Assembly (NCBI GenBank): GCA_000165345.1
Contig: CM000429.1
Coordinates: forward strand, 608,001 to 672,000
Length of the DNA: 64,000 nucleotides
Reading direction: 5' to 3'
Shown: piece by piece, positions 10,701 to 20,545 of the stretch
How positions within the stretch are numbered: the first letter of the stretch is position 1
How the letters are laid out: each line of letters begins with the position of its first letter
Notes under the pieces: generated by a model
The model's database searches: none
Seen by the model: only the letters and a program-made list of their open reading frames with translations
Told to the model about the DNA's origin: nothing
Made by a program: the position numbers and the translations under genes

Positions 10701-12197
10701 ATCAATTCCTGTCACAATAACTTTGCCAATAGTGCTACAAAGTGAGAATATCCTTGTAATTTGGCCCACAAATGAGTCGTTACTTATATATATGTTTTGG
10801 AGACCAATACCATTACAAATCGACTTCAAAGCTCCTCCCGATCCAAATCCGCAAGCTGCAATGAGTGGTAAAGGATCTCTTTTTGATATTTGGCTTGGAA
10901 TATCTTCATATTTAGTTTCTTCCTTTCTATCAAAATTTGTAAAAATGAGATCTTTTATTGGGCCAATATTTGGCAAACTCGAAATAATATAAAAATTGTT
11001 ATTTTTGGAATATAATAACAAGGAATCTGAAAGCTTTGAAGCTAAAAAGAATAAATCATCCCCCAGATTTACGATTCTAGAGAATGGAGAGTATCTATTG
11101 AGTATATTCAGCCTTATATCAACTACTTTGTCGATATCATCTTGATCATACTCTACAAGCATTATAAAAAGCCGACCCAGATTGTCTAGAACCAGCCATC
11201 TTGAACCATCATCCAAGTTCAAAATATCAGTTATTGATAAAGGAGAGAGACCAATATCCATTCCACTGAATGCTGATGAATTAAATCTGCTTGTCACTAT
11301 TTTTTGGGTACTTGAAATAGTTTCTGAATTTTTGGTTTTATTTGGCATAATTTCCTCAATCGATCGGTACTCTACAATCCCATCTCCAAATAAAAAGAAA
11401 CCTTTAACCATTTTTTGTTTTTTAGACCTATAATATAGTGGGGCTATTTTGAAGACATTTTGTTGCATAACATGGCCTATATTTGTATTATAAGACCATT
11501 TACGTAGATCAATCGGTAGTTCAATAATTTTCATCAGCCTAGGATCTTTTGAATACCCTGAATCATATAAAATCCCCAATAGGCTCCTTTCATTTGTAGT
11601 ATTTGCTAGGCAAATATCAGTTACAGATAGTTCTGAAAGTCGGATAATTAAAGGGGAAGTAAAAACAGCCTTATCTTCTTCATCTTTGCTCGAAATTTCA
11701 CATCCCACAACCTGTAAACAACCCTCATAAGCCAAAATCACTATTCTATTCTTTTCAGAATGAACCATCATTTTGATTAATTGTGATTTTCTTAAATTCT
11801 CTCTATACAAGGAAACCTTATCTAATATGCTCATACATAAAATCTTCTCAGAATCAGAATTCAGCAAATGTGCTCTTAGTAAAATGAGCTCATATTCCCT
11901 GGTAAAAATCAACACATCATCGAAATCCTGGTTTTTTGGACGAAATCTATCAATTTCTATTATGTCCTTGTATATTTCTACTGTCCCAACTTTATTCAAA
12001 GCAGGTATGTCAACAATTTCATCATCAAAAAGTTTCTCATCAAAAAAAACTGCATCCTTATTAATTTCATATATTTCAATACTTCTTGTTTTTATTGCTA
12101 ATAGTCTAATTATACCATCTCCAAATAAATCCACCTTTAAAATCCCTTTAAAAGACCCCGATTCAAAGGCTGTCACCACATAGTTGTACTGAGACAT
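7716..12197 (-). CDS. DDB1/CPSF160-family beta-propeller scaffold, closest to DDB1 (1493 aa).
   Basis: The N-terminus MSQYNYVVTAFESG...LLAIKTRSIEIYEI matches DDB1 (MSYNYVVTAQKP...LLIAKNTRLEIYVV). The C-terminus GDTIELFLDFPIDLQK...EQLKNMH matches DDB1 (GDLIESFLDISRPK...EELTRIH). It is larger than metazoan DDB1 because of low-complexity insertions, including a 10-Ser run. Single exon. Confidence 0.65.
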   Translation of the reverse strand: MSQYNYVVTAFESGSFKGILKVDLFGDGIIRLLAIKTRSIEIYEINKDAVFFDEKLFDDEIVDIPALNKVGTVEIYKDIIEIDRFRPKNQDFDDVLIFTREYELILLRAHLLNSDSEKILCMSILDKVSLYRENLRKSQLIKMMVHSEKNRIVILAYEGCLQVVGCEISSKDEEDKAVFTSPLIIRLSELSVTDICLANTTNERSLLGILYDSGYSKDPRLMKIIELPIDLRKWSYNTNIGHVMQQNVFKIAPLYYRSKKQKMVKGFFLFGDGIVEYRSIEEIMPNKTKNSETISSTQKIVTSRFNSSAFSGMDIGLSPLSITDILNLDDGSRWLVLDNLGRLFIMLVEYDQDDIDKVVDIRLNILNRYSPFSRIVNLGDDLFFLASKLSDSLLLYSKNNNFYIISSLPNIGPIKDLIFTNFDRKEETKYEDIPSQISKRDPLPLIAACGFGSGGALKSICNGIGLQNIYISNDSFVGQITRIFSLCSTIGKVIVTGIDHSYCYKIAWSYEKGKDDCKVMDSVDGFNKENPNQPKGKNSSPVSPKKCFINFEKCELWGLVKDEETIKVCTFRGNYSYQVTPSGLFPTGETNDHHKKWLLKDNLPPIADSSLEYIEKFDFCEKNEVVVICTGTGLLLLYRFDDESVLSLIYFRTKTELFELISEDLRINHLSEESKDLNNEKNILNNSISNTMDEVCIMGLFSIDNYILIILGTWMNGSKLSCIYYNKQETGKIPNFELLLNIETEFREYETMVTSLKVFELERMIETQNQKHTEEFIGLIVGTNNGYLQLQYISKDSIRNLMRNGQEKVELKDNCRFNHYNTWKISNSFISEIYEMEISESLNRHFFICCEQPKVLFWSYNSGKGKHGLGVWSFFNIHSSWIPFLCQIRIPPSPLLKQELTKKDNYATKTCILYITHEEKAANEIHIDNLANQDPEKLGGIQISRKTSQQALIKIGLVDTLQRYNCRSIPLEFTPEKVCFIKDLNMYAVAGVKERYKGRSTILEPILESEMIENNEKDSIKENELTFIQSVICLISAKDMKIHYCKFLETNTYPTCLEYVTLRASNDENDVRSFLAIGTSKVESNIDSNSNSNMGTESFGKITLYSIINKHYSYTLLESAVYETEVAPFVIKEFKMSQLLISIENSLICLELHISKNLADSSSSSSSSSSDIWMNTEMDLELTSIELKRKETYCTHTMIVFIKILNGEYILVGDLMRSVGLWEFDRYTGKFHEVCRDNSIAWVVEGIFLSKDMYLISDENRNLRVLMRTLNPENDETYTSLSCIAHLHVGESITTFQQGKFTQAYPETRKCTGGQDCMEESPGKLMFDEQIAFGSSQGGIYLLFSIKDDPKFFSQLVLIEEAIIHALKNSNMDIKLRNKVYNLRDSDLKKLFIRNSNSSIFTGVVGVLCGKDYLPLRWELNSTKESYNFEYDCSGTPRGFVCGDTIELFLDFPIDLQKSVLKELHSFKSARKLKLPDNVNQLETLIEQLKNMH

Positions 12198-12684
12198 CTT
12201 GATTCAGCCATTTCAGCACAGACTAAAAATGTGGCAGCTATATAATTTTTTATTCTTCTATTAACTCTTCACACGCCCAGATTTTTGTTGCTTTAATTCT
12301 GCAACTACAATTAAACTTTAATATTAAGAAAATAATTTACCGCCAAGTATTTGATGCACTACTATGCCGGCATACAATTATCTTTCAAAGACCACACAAA
12401 TTGGAATTCACTAACAAAAAAAAAAAAGATATAATTGCTCGAAATTTTAAAAGCCTCATTTTTTGTAATCAATTAAAAGCAATTATTATATGATCGTTTA
12501 CCTACATGCAAACTATTTGAAAAGTTAATTCTATCTCTTATGTATAATATAATTTCTATGAATATTCTGTATAAATATGAAAAGGATATTTTCTTGCTGG
12601 GGGAGACTTATTTATGACTCCCTTTTTTCATTACCCTTATCTTCAAATAAAACACTTTTTTTTCTTACTATATAACAATTTTTG

Positions 12685-15600
12685 TTATACAGCTCTTAAC
12701 TGAGATAAAGCTTTAATATCATTCTTTTGATTATTCACAATTGAATGGCCACTACTCAATTTGTATTGATTAATATAACTCAATTGTTTCAATATCTTCT
12801 TCTCGTTATTGACTAGATAATCAAATACTTCCTTTGAAGATGCCCTGAGATCAGGATTGGGTCTTAGACACATGGTAATCAAGTTGTATAAAGAATCGGG
12901 AAGTGGAGGAATTTTCAATTCTCCTTCAATTTTGTTTGAATGAATCAGGTTATAGAGTGTTGAGTGCTTACCACTTTCATCAACTTTATCCAAAATATGC
13001 TGCAAAGGAGTCCTCTTGCATAAGATTTCTAAAAAGATGCAACCCATACTCCAAACGTCCACCTTCTCATTAGCGTTTGAATTAGGCCTCGCTGGGTCAG
13101 TACACCCCACAATTTCCGGAGGCGCATATTGCCATGTAACTGCTGTACAGCATGTTATAGTATTATAATGGAGTTCCTCAGCATCACCAAAATCACAAAT
13201 TCGAATATTGTAATTCTCATCAATAAGAATATTATTTGACTTGAGATCTTTATGTACTATTTTTGGAGACAAAGAGTGTAAAAATCTTATTGAATCTGCC
13301 AATTGATACATCACTTTGTACCTATATTCTACGCTTTCTCTAAAAGCTTTACTACGAGAACCATTACCATGAATCAACTTGAATAAATCACCTGTCCTGA
13401 TATATTCCGTTACCAACCAAATTTCATATTCATTAATCCTGATTCCTCCAATTAGATTTAAGATATTCGGATGCCTGTTACACCTATAAAGTAACTTCCA
13501 TTCAGTATAACATCTATATCTTGACATTAATGGGTCTGAATCATGAATTCTTTTTTGGGGACATTTTACAGCTGCAACACATTCATTATGCCTTACCTTA
13601 TATACTGTGCAAAATGTTCCTCTATTGATACTATCCCATTCCCTTCCCTTCCCAGGAGTAGAGCCTTTTACTTGGCTCACATTTGTCTCACCATCCTGAG
13701 AGTTTGTGGGGAATCTTTTAACTTTTATTGCACTTGGCTCCGAAGAAATTGGACGTGTTAGAAACTCTATATCACCTACATACATTTCTTTTGGTAGAGG
13801 AGGAAATTGGCTTGAATCCGCTAAATACTGATACATTTTATTTACATATCCTTTTCTTGTATTTTGGTTTCTATAATTGAGATTCTCCTCTCTGGTATAA
13901 TTTTCCTTATGAATAGAGTTCCCTCCAATAGGAGCCTTACTAGGCCCAACATAATTTTTTACAGTTCTAACTAATCTATATCCAAGGTTTTGAGGAACCC
14001 CCACAGGAGCTCTTCTATAAATATGAGAATTCAAACCTCCATCAAAAATTCTTCCACCCCGTGAGCTTCCAGGGACTAATCCATTTATTGGATTACTTCC
14101 TTGAGTATTAGAAGCTTGAGATTGCTTTGATAGGGAATTTCCAGCATAGCCGACAGTACCAGGTATTATATTAATATTTGAGTTAATTTTGGGGTTGGCC
14201 ATCTCAATAACTCCAGGGCTACCGACTCCACTAGGCACAACAGGATAATTTGGGATAAGTAAAGGAGCTACAGGCGTATATACCGTCTCCTTATATTCAT
14301 TACTACCCATAACGTTCATATTTCTTGGAGAATTTGATCCATTTGAAGAGCTCATAATACCATTATTCCCTGTAATCTCCGTTGTAACATATTTACATGC
14401 ATCATTACTTGAAAGCTGAGGAGGAACAGTTTTAACCTTAAGATTACTTGCAATATCTCTATATCTTACCATTGGAGTTACAAGATAGTCCAAAGTACTT
14501 CTATAATTAATTACTGGACTAGCCTGAGGGATAAATCCCTTATGTAAATCATGTTCATTCTCACTCTTTATCTTTTCTTGAGCATTGCTGTTCTCTTTAA
14601 CCGTTGTTTTCGTAGTATCCAAATTAGTATTGGAAGGCCTCTCTTGTATTGCCTTAGCATTAACGATATGATTACTCATTGTCACACTCCCAGTATCACT
14701 AGACGTTGTTGTTGTAAGTGAAAGAGTCTGAAAATTCCCATTATTTGCTCTTAAAACTTGTTTCGAAGCCTGAGCAGTTTGCTTGCTAGAAGATACGTTC
14801 TCCTTTCTCTTTATATTATCTTCTTCCAAAGTTTTCACTTGTATTGGAATCCCAAGCCCAAAAGATGAAATAGGCTGGCATACGCTTCCAGCAGAACCTA
14901 CAGAACCTACAGTCCCATTTCTGGGATGGCTCATACTACTAGCAGCAGCTTCATTACTTGATTGAAGCCTTGTTTCTTGGTTCACATCCAAAAGCTCTGC
15001 GCCAGAAGATTGATTTGAATCTATATTACTAAAACCATTGCTTGGAACATGAGACATACTTCTATAACCAACTAACGGAGTTCCAAACCCTAATATTTGA
15101 TTATTTATCGAATTACCTAAATAAGAATTTGTGTTTGGTAATGCATTTATCGTTCCCACTCCGACTGGATAAAGTCCAGGTAATTCTTTTCCTAGAATTA
15201 AGTTATTTGTACCAACAATAGCTTCCTGAGAGTACAAATTCTTGTGTACTAGCCCATGCCCCACAGATCCAGCAAGTCCATTGCTACCCATTTCAACTTG
15301 ATTATGAGTATATATAGGCTGATAGACGATTTTATTTGTTTGAGGAATAACCCTTTTAGTAATTAGTGGAGTGTTATAAACAATCTGATGCTGTTTACCT
15401 ACCATTTGAACCGGAATCTGCCTAAATTGTATTATAGGAGAAGGCACAATTATTGAATTATGATTTGGAACATTTGGGATTTGCGCCACTTCCTTTTCAG
15501 AACCAGAATGCATTGTATCTGCTTGCTCAACAATTTTATGAGCTACCTTAAACTTATTCTTTCCATAAGAGTATTTTGCATGTACTGGTCTACCACTAAC

Positions 15601-16179
15601 ATGTGCTATAATTTGTAACTGTGAGTTATCACCATTCTTTTCGTAGGCTAATTTTGAAGCTGCTCCTCCATTACTTTTTGAAGTTGTTTTGCTCGATGGG
15701 TTCGACTTGTTTCCAGAACTTAATAAAGCTACTGAGTTGCTTGCTTCAAGTTTTGAATTAACAATTTGGCTTTCTCCAGAATTTGGATTCTCGTCTTCAA
15801 CATCAGTTCCAACTGCAACAGTTTCACCGCCTCTAATTTGATGAACACCCATTATATCACTTACATTCTGCCTCCCGATATTTGGTTTTTGGTTAACTGG
15901 TACCTCCGAGAAGTTTGTTTCATTAACCGACTGAACAGTATCTCCATACCCAAATAAAGACATGAAATTGTTGGCTATTGCTCTAAATGCAGAATCCCTC
16001 ACTGCTTTGTTATTTTTAGAAGTTCTCTTATGCTCATTATTCTGGAATTGCGAATTTATACTATGTGATTTGGAATTTTCATTCGCATAAATATCATCAG
16101 AAATTATATTATTGGAAATATTACTTGTGTTCTCTTTTACCAGACCGATCATTCTATAACCCTTTCTCTCTCCTATCAC
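12685..16179 (-). CDS. Ser/Thr protein kinase with a very long N/S/G-rich low-complexity N-terminal region (1164 aa). The kinase domain is C-terminal.
   Basis: Catalytic motifs are present: VAAVK (VAIK-like), HKDLKSNNILID (catalytic loop), DFGDAEE (DFG), APPE and DVWSMGCIFLEIL. The first roughly 800 aa lack recognisable domains. Confidence 0.7.
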   Translation of the reverse strand: MIGERKGYRMIGLVKENTSNISNNIISDDIYANENSKSHSINSQFQNNEHKRTSKNNKAVRDSAFRAIANNFMSLFGYGDTVQSVNETNFSEVPVNQKPNIGRQNVSDIMGVHQIRGGETVAVGTDVEDENPNSGESQIVNSKLEASNSVALLSSGNKSNPSSKTTSKSNGGAASKLAYEKNGDNSQLQIIAHVSGRPVHAKYSYGKNKFKVAHKIVEQADTMHSGSEKEVAQIPNVPNHNSIIVPSPIIQFRQIPVQMVGKQHQIVYNTPLITKRVIPQTNKIVYQPIYTHNQVEMGSNGLAGSVGHGLVHKNLYSQEAIVGTNNLILGKELPGLYPVGVGTINALPNTNSYLGNSINNQILGFGTPLVGYRSMSHVPSNGFSNIDSNQSSGAELLDVNQETRLQSSNEAAASSMSHPRNGTVGSVGSAGSVCQPISSFGLGIPIQVKTLEEDNIKRKENVSSSKQTAQASKQVLRANNGNFQTLSLTTTTSSDTGSVTMSNHIVNAKAIQERPSNTNLDTTKTTVKENSNAQEKIKSENEHDLHKGFIPQASPVINYRSTLDYLVTPMVRYRDIASNLKVKTVPPQLSSNDACKYVTTEITGNNGIMSSSNGSNSPRNMNVMGSNEYKETVYTPVAPLLIPNYPVVPSGVGSPGVIEMANPKINSNINIIPGTVGYAGNSLSKQSQASNTQGSNPINGLVPGSSRGGRIFDGGLNSHIYRRAPVGVPQNLGYRLVRTVKNYVGPSKAPIGGNSIHKENYTREENLNYRNQNTRKGYVNKMYQYLADSSQFPPLPKEMYVGDIEFLTRPISSEPSAIKVKRFPTNSQDGETNVSQVKGSTPGKGREWDSINRGTFCTVYKVRHNECVAAVKCPQKRIHDSDPLMSRYRCYTEWKLLYRCNRHPNILNLIGGIRINEYEIWLVTEYIRTGDLFKLIHGNGSRSKAFRESVEYRYKVMYQLADSIRFLHSLSPKIVHKDLKSNNILIDENYNIRICDFGDAEELHYNTITCCTAVTWQYAPPEIVGCTDPARPNSNANEKVDVWSMGCIFLEILCKRTPLQHILDKVDESGKHSTLYNLIHSNKIEGELKIPPLPDSLYNLITMCLRPNPDLRASSKEVFDYLVNNEKKILKQLSYINQYKLSSGHSIVNNQKNDIKALSQLRAV

Positions 16180-16551
16180 CGATATTGATGTTTATTTATG
16201 TTGAAGTCGCTCTTTCCGTCATGAAATTACTTATCACCTTCCATTAATTAATATTGTCCCTAAGATCCTTTTTGCTACCTATTGCCTTTTTATCCTTTCT
16301 TATACCCACTAAGATTCAATTTTAACATGAAAGAGAGACAGCTGACGTTGTGTGGGTTTGTGGCACTAATTACATTATCGAGAAGTGGACAGTTCAAGAA
16401 TAAATCAGATTTTGATTCAAATCTATTTAAAATGACTCATTATTTATTTAAAAGAAAGTATCACTCAACGGTTGACTTTTTTGTAGAATTATTCCTCAAT
16501 CAACATTTAATCCTCGAAATTAAATAATGATTACCTCCACAAAAATAGTGA

Positions 16552-16561
16552 TTGGCGCCAA
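16552..16561. promoter_or_regulatory. E2F/DP-like palindromic site TTGGCGCCAA in the divergent kinase/COQ5 intergenic region.
   Basis: Seen directly (attggcgccaaac). Confidence 0.5.
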
Positions 16562-17110
16562 ACTTCTTAAATTAAATGATTAAAAAAAAGATTAAGAAAT
16601 AATGAAATATACTCGTTTCAAGTAACTTTTGGTTAATTATAGGAGTAAAAAGTTTAGTATTTTTTTTTTAGTGAGAACATTATATATCTTTGAGCTCCTA
16701 GCTGCACCTTTTGTTCAATTAGTTTTTTAGGCAAACCGTTTCAGGAGCTATTTCTATAGGGAAAAAAAAGGATTAATATTGATGTGTGTACATGTTCAAA
16801 AGCGTTCTTCTTGTTTAACATCTTAACAGATTATTGTATTTTTGCCTCATCAATGATAGTAATAGCGGGATATGAAGGCAGGTTATGAGGTAACAGTAAA
16901 GGCCAAGGATATAATGGCAGGGAATTGGGTAAAATAAAAATCTTGCAAAGAAAATCATGAAACACGTTTTTTAGTTTACATTTTTTTTCTTCAAGTTATT
17001 GTCTTACTTATATATTTGTAAAACTAAACCAATTATTGAAATAAATGCAACTTTTAATACAAATTTTACTTTTTAAAGAATAAACATTAAAGGTTTAAAT
17101 CGAAATATTA

Positions 17111-18148
17111 ATGAACAATTTAAGAAATATATCAAAAAGTGGTATTGGGTATAGTTTTTGTCGCTCGTTAGTCAGGAAAACACATAATTTGTTTGGATTC
17201 AAATTTTTGAATATTGGCATTAAGAATCAAATTAATCTTGCAAGAGCAGCTAGGTTTAATTCAACCATTAAAGACTCGAACACTGGTGAAAATAACAAAT
17301 ACGTTTACTTTGGGGATCGTATTGTGGACAAAGATACTAAAAGGAAGCTAATTGAACAGGTTTTTAGCTCAGTTTCGAATAAATATGATTTAATGAATGA
17401 TTTGATGAGTCTTGGATTACATAGGTGTTGGAAGGACATATTTGTAGAGAATATCATTTCTCCTGAATCATTTTTGAGAATAAAAAGAGAGAAAGACGAA
17501 GATTTCTCAAATGTAACTATTTTGGATGTTGCTGGAGGAACAGGAGATGTTTCTTTTAGGATTATTGATAAGTTCAGAAAAGATAATATTGAGGTTTTAC
17601 CAAATATTATAGTTGTCGATTCTAATAATGAAATGATTGAGCAAGGACAGCTAAAATCAATTGAAAAAGGAGACTGCAGCATTATTTGGATTAAAGATGA
17701 TGGAGAACAACTTAGTCAAATTCCTAGTAACAGTGTAGATGTTGTTGCGATATCGTTTGGAATTCGCAACTTTACAAATATTGAAAAAGGCCTCAAATCA
17801 TTCTATAGGGTACTAAAACCTGGGGGAAGATTTCTATGTTTAGAGTTCAGCAAAGTCAATAATCCTTTAATTTCTTCTATTTACCAACTTTACTCATCCA
17901 TTGCAATTCCTAGTCTTGGTGAATTTGTTGCAGGAGATAGAGAATCATATAATTATCTAGTAAGTTAAATGTTAAGTACTTCACTTTTTCATGACTAAAA
18001 TAAATAGGTTGAAAGCATACGCCGATTTCCAGATGCTGAGAAGTTTGCTCAACTTTTAATTAATGCTAATTTTACAGATGTAAAGTCTTCAACTATGACC
18101 TTTGGAGTAGTTGCAATACATAGCGGATTCAAGCCAACAGATGCTTAG
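17111..18148 (+). CDS. COQ5: Ubiquinone biosynthesis C-methyltransferase COQ5/UbiE, 2 exons: 17111..17959, 18008..18148.
   Basis: SAM-methyltransferase motifs are present (ILDVAGGTGDVSF, LKPGGRFLCLEFS). Intron 17960..18007 (GTAAGT...AAATAG, with a TGACTAA branch-like site) joins ...YNYL to VESIRRFPDAEKFAQLL...GVVAIHSGFKPTDA, which is the conserved UbiE/COQ5 C-terminus (YLAESIRMHPDQ...AGVVALHRG). The N-terminus looks like a mitochondrial-type presequence. Confidence 0.8.
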
Positions 18149-18250
18149 AGTTAGCTATAGAACTATTTAGAGTTACTAGCTAAATACTAACTCATTTTTA
18201 TTTTTAATTGCAAAAAATGCATCAAAAATTTTATTACATAGATATTGTAT

Positions 18251-18260
18251 TTGCATGCAA
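18251..18260. promoter_or_regulatory. TTGCATGCAA palindrome upstream of the MRH-lectin gene, with TTTTTGGCGGTTT (18323..18335) nearby.
   Basis: Seen directly, about 210 bp upstream of the ATG at 18467. Confidence 0.45.
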
Positions 18261-18466
18261 TATTTAGTGATTTGTTTTATTTTATTTTTCCAGCTTAAGC
18301 CAACAAAATTTGAATTAATTTTTTTGGCGGTTTATTTATTTAATAATCCCTCGTAACTTTGTTGTGTTAAACTATAAACAGGTGCAAAAGAATGTAAGCA
18401 TCCGGAACTTATCATCATTTTAGAATCACAGACTAACTGAGTAGCCTTTCATAGATATAGGTATAG

Positions 18467-20545
18467 ATGAATTTCATTTTTGGAGCAATTTTGTGGGGCT
18501 TGTTAATCTTTCCTGCTCTCTTCCAAAAATGTCATGGTAATAAATATAGAACAAATTTGGACAAATATACTAAAATTTATCAGTACCAAACAAGCGAAAT
18601 TGAGCTTTATTTTCCAAATAATGATATTTTTGAGAATGAAAGAGAAAATTCCCAGGCTAAAGAGGAAATAAAAGATTTAAAGTCAACTAAAGTGAGCGAT
18701 ATTAGGTATAGCTTCATGAAATTAGGTAGAAAAGAATTTCTATGTGGTTTTGAGGGATATGGAAAAAATGATAGCCTTAATTTATCAGAAGAGACTAATC
18801 AATCTTGGGATAATATGAATTCTAAAGTCAAGAACTATTTAAAGAAGAGTAAAATTTCATGGTTAATGGAACGGTGCTTCATATATACAAAGAAGAAAGA
18901 TATTAATAATGGTATTCATGTCCAAGTAGATAACTTTGAAATATGTGTCGGTGTTTCAGTTCGTCACAAAAGACAGATAATTGACAAAGAAACCAGTGAC
19001 AATATATTAGAAAGTCAGTTCAATATTGTAGGCGATTATAAACCTACGGAAGACACATTTTATGAAAATGGAACAATCATCCAGTACTATAACCCAGCGA
19101 TAGAAAACTTAAAAGGAGATTCTGGGTATTCGGCTTCAATTGAGTTTAAATGTAGCTATAATAAATCAGGAATCAGTCAAGTAACAGAAGATGTTAACAA
19201 AGAATTTAAACCTGTGATTAAAGTAGACTTTTTGTCCCCTTCATTTTGTGATTGGAGGGTAGACGAAAGCAAGAATATTACATCTTTGCATAAGCTGGAA
19301 TCTTTACTGCTACCATTAGAAAACAGATGCCAAAACTTTACGGATTCAAGATTTTGGAATTATGAGCTTTGTAATCTGTACGTCGTATCTCAGTTCAAAA
19401 AAGACTCCTCAACTCAAGAATTGAGACTATTCAATTTAGGAATTCATCCAAACACTGCTCAAATACTAAATATAACAGATGATTTAGAAGAATATTTATC
19501 TAAGAATTTAATTTCAAATATAGTTAATACAATAAAGCCTGGTAGAGTTTCTTTACTTGAAAATATAACAACAAAAATCGAACCAAGAAACATAAACGAG
19601 TTGATTTCTGGAAAATATGTGCATAGTAAATATGTTATCACAGTAATGTTGTTAAATGGAACTTATTGTCCAGAAAATAATCAGAAAAGAAGTATTAAAT
19701 TAGTATTCGAATGCCCTGATAACTTTGAGAGTATCTCTGATTATTTTAGAATAGTAAATGTTATTGAGGATTCAACATGTAATTATGAAATGTTAATCAT
19801 TTCCCCCGTAATCTGCTCTCACCCTTTGTTGATGCCTCCTCCAATTTATAAGCACGGGAGAGTCAAATGCATACCTAAGAATTTGATTATTAACAAATTA
19901 ATAGAGGATGAATCTACAGAGCATTTGTTTGAATCTCAAGAAACAAGAAGTGAAAGTGGACTAGTTAGTATTAGTCAAATTGGCAATCAATTTGAAGCAG
20001 TTAATATAGAATATATAGATTCGACCAAGAATGGGAGCAGTACTCAACATTTCTTTACTCTGAGCGATTCTCCCAGGATTAGGAGCTCTAACCTAACTAG
20101 TCCAAAATTTTTGGTTGGTCAGATTGTGCAACATTTATGGTGGAACTATTATGGCGTCGTAGTTGGGTGGGATTGGGAACTAAATGCACCAAAACAATGG
20201 GCAGACAACATTTATCAAAAATACCCTCCAGAATCAAGGAAAAGGCCTCACTATTTGTTACTAGTTCATCAGGAAGAAACTCTCTTCAACAATTCATCGC
20301 CAATTGAATCTATTCCATCAAATCTCACACACACGTACATTCCAGAAATTGCATTAAAGCACGTTCCCAACTTAGATTCTGACAATCATTTCTCCAACAA
20401 AGATATCATTATTAATAAATATCTAAACACGTACTTCTCCTATTGGTCAGAAATCCATCAGAGATTTATACCTAACACAAATAGTACCCTTTGGAGAATT
20501 TACCCGAATGATTTCGACAAACTAAACGAAAGGGACGAACTATAG
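18467..20545 (+). CDS. Secreted/ER-lumenal lectin-like protein with MRH (mannose-6-phosphate-receptor homology) domain(s), a YccV/HspQ-like domain and a C-terminal RDEL (692 aa).
   Basis: There is an N-terminal signal peptide (MNFIFGAILWGLLIFPALFQKCHG). MRH-type spacing is YxNGTxC...VFECP...IEDSTCNYEMLIISPVIC. A GQIVQHLWWNYYGVVVGWDWE...HYLLLVHQEE block resembles the YccV/HspQ hemimethylated-DNA-binding-like domain. The terminal NERDEL is an ER retrieval signal. Confidence 0.5.
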   Translation: MNFIFGAILWGLLIFPALFQKCHGNKYRTNLDKYTKIYQYQTSEIELYFPNNDIFENERENSQAKEEIKDLKSTKVSDIRYSFMKLGRKEFLCGFEGYGKNDSLNLSEETNQSWDNMNSKVKNYLKKSKISWLMERCFIYTKKKDINNGIHVQVDNFEICVGVSVRHKRQIIDKETSDNILESQFNIVGDYKPTEDTFYENGTIIQYYNPAIENLKGDSGYSASIEFKCSYNKSGISQVTEDVNKEFKPVIKVDFLSPSFCDWRVDESKNITSLHKLESLLLPLENRCQNFTDSRFWNYELCNLYVVSQFKKDSSTQELRLFNLGIHPNTAQILNITDDLEEYLSKNLISNIVNTIKPGRVSLLENITTKIEPRNINELISGKYVHSKYVITVMLLNGTYCPENNQKRSIKLVFECPDNFESISDYFRIVNVIEDSTCNYEMLIISPVICSHPLLMPPPIYKHGRVKCIPKNLIINKLIEDESTEHLFESQETRSESGLVSISQIGNQFEAVNIEYIDSTKNGSSTQHFFTLSDSPRIRSSNLTSPKFLVGQIVQHLWWNYYGVVVGWDWELNAPKQWADNIYQKYPPESRKRPHYLLLVHQEETLFNNSSPIESIPSNLTHTYIPEIALKHVPNLDSDNHFSNKDIIINKYLNTYFSYWSEIHQRFIPNTNSTLWRIYPNDFDKLNERDEL

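Noticed and set aside
9094-12183. Five plus-strand ORFs (73-136 aa) inside the DDB1-like gene
   Set aside because: They are all antisense to one continuous 1493-codon ORF with clear homology. Their translations are low-complexity.
13543-15957. Short plus-strand ORFs inside the kinase gene
   Set aside because: They are antisense to the 1164-codon kinase ORF, with no motifs.
16282-16527. 81-aa ORF in the kinase/COQ5 intergenic region
   Set aside because: Its composition is low-complexity and hydrophobic with no family signal, and it overlaps the likely promoter containing the E2F palindrome.
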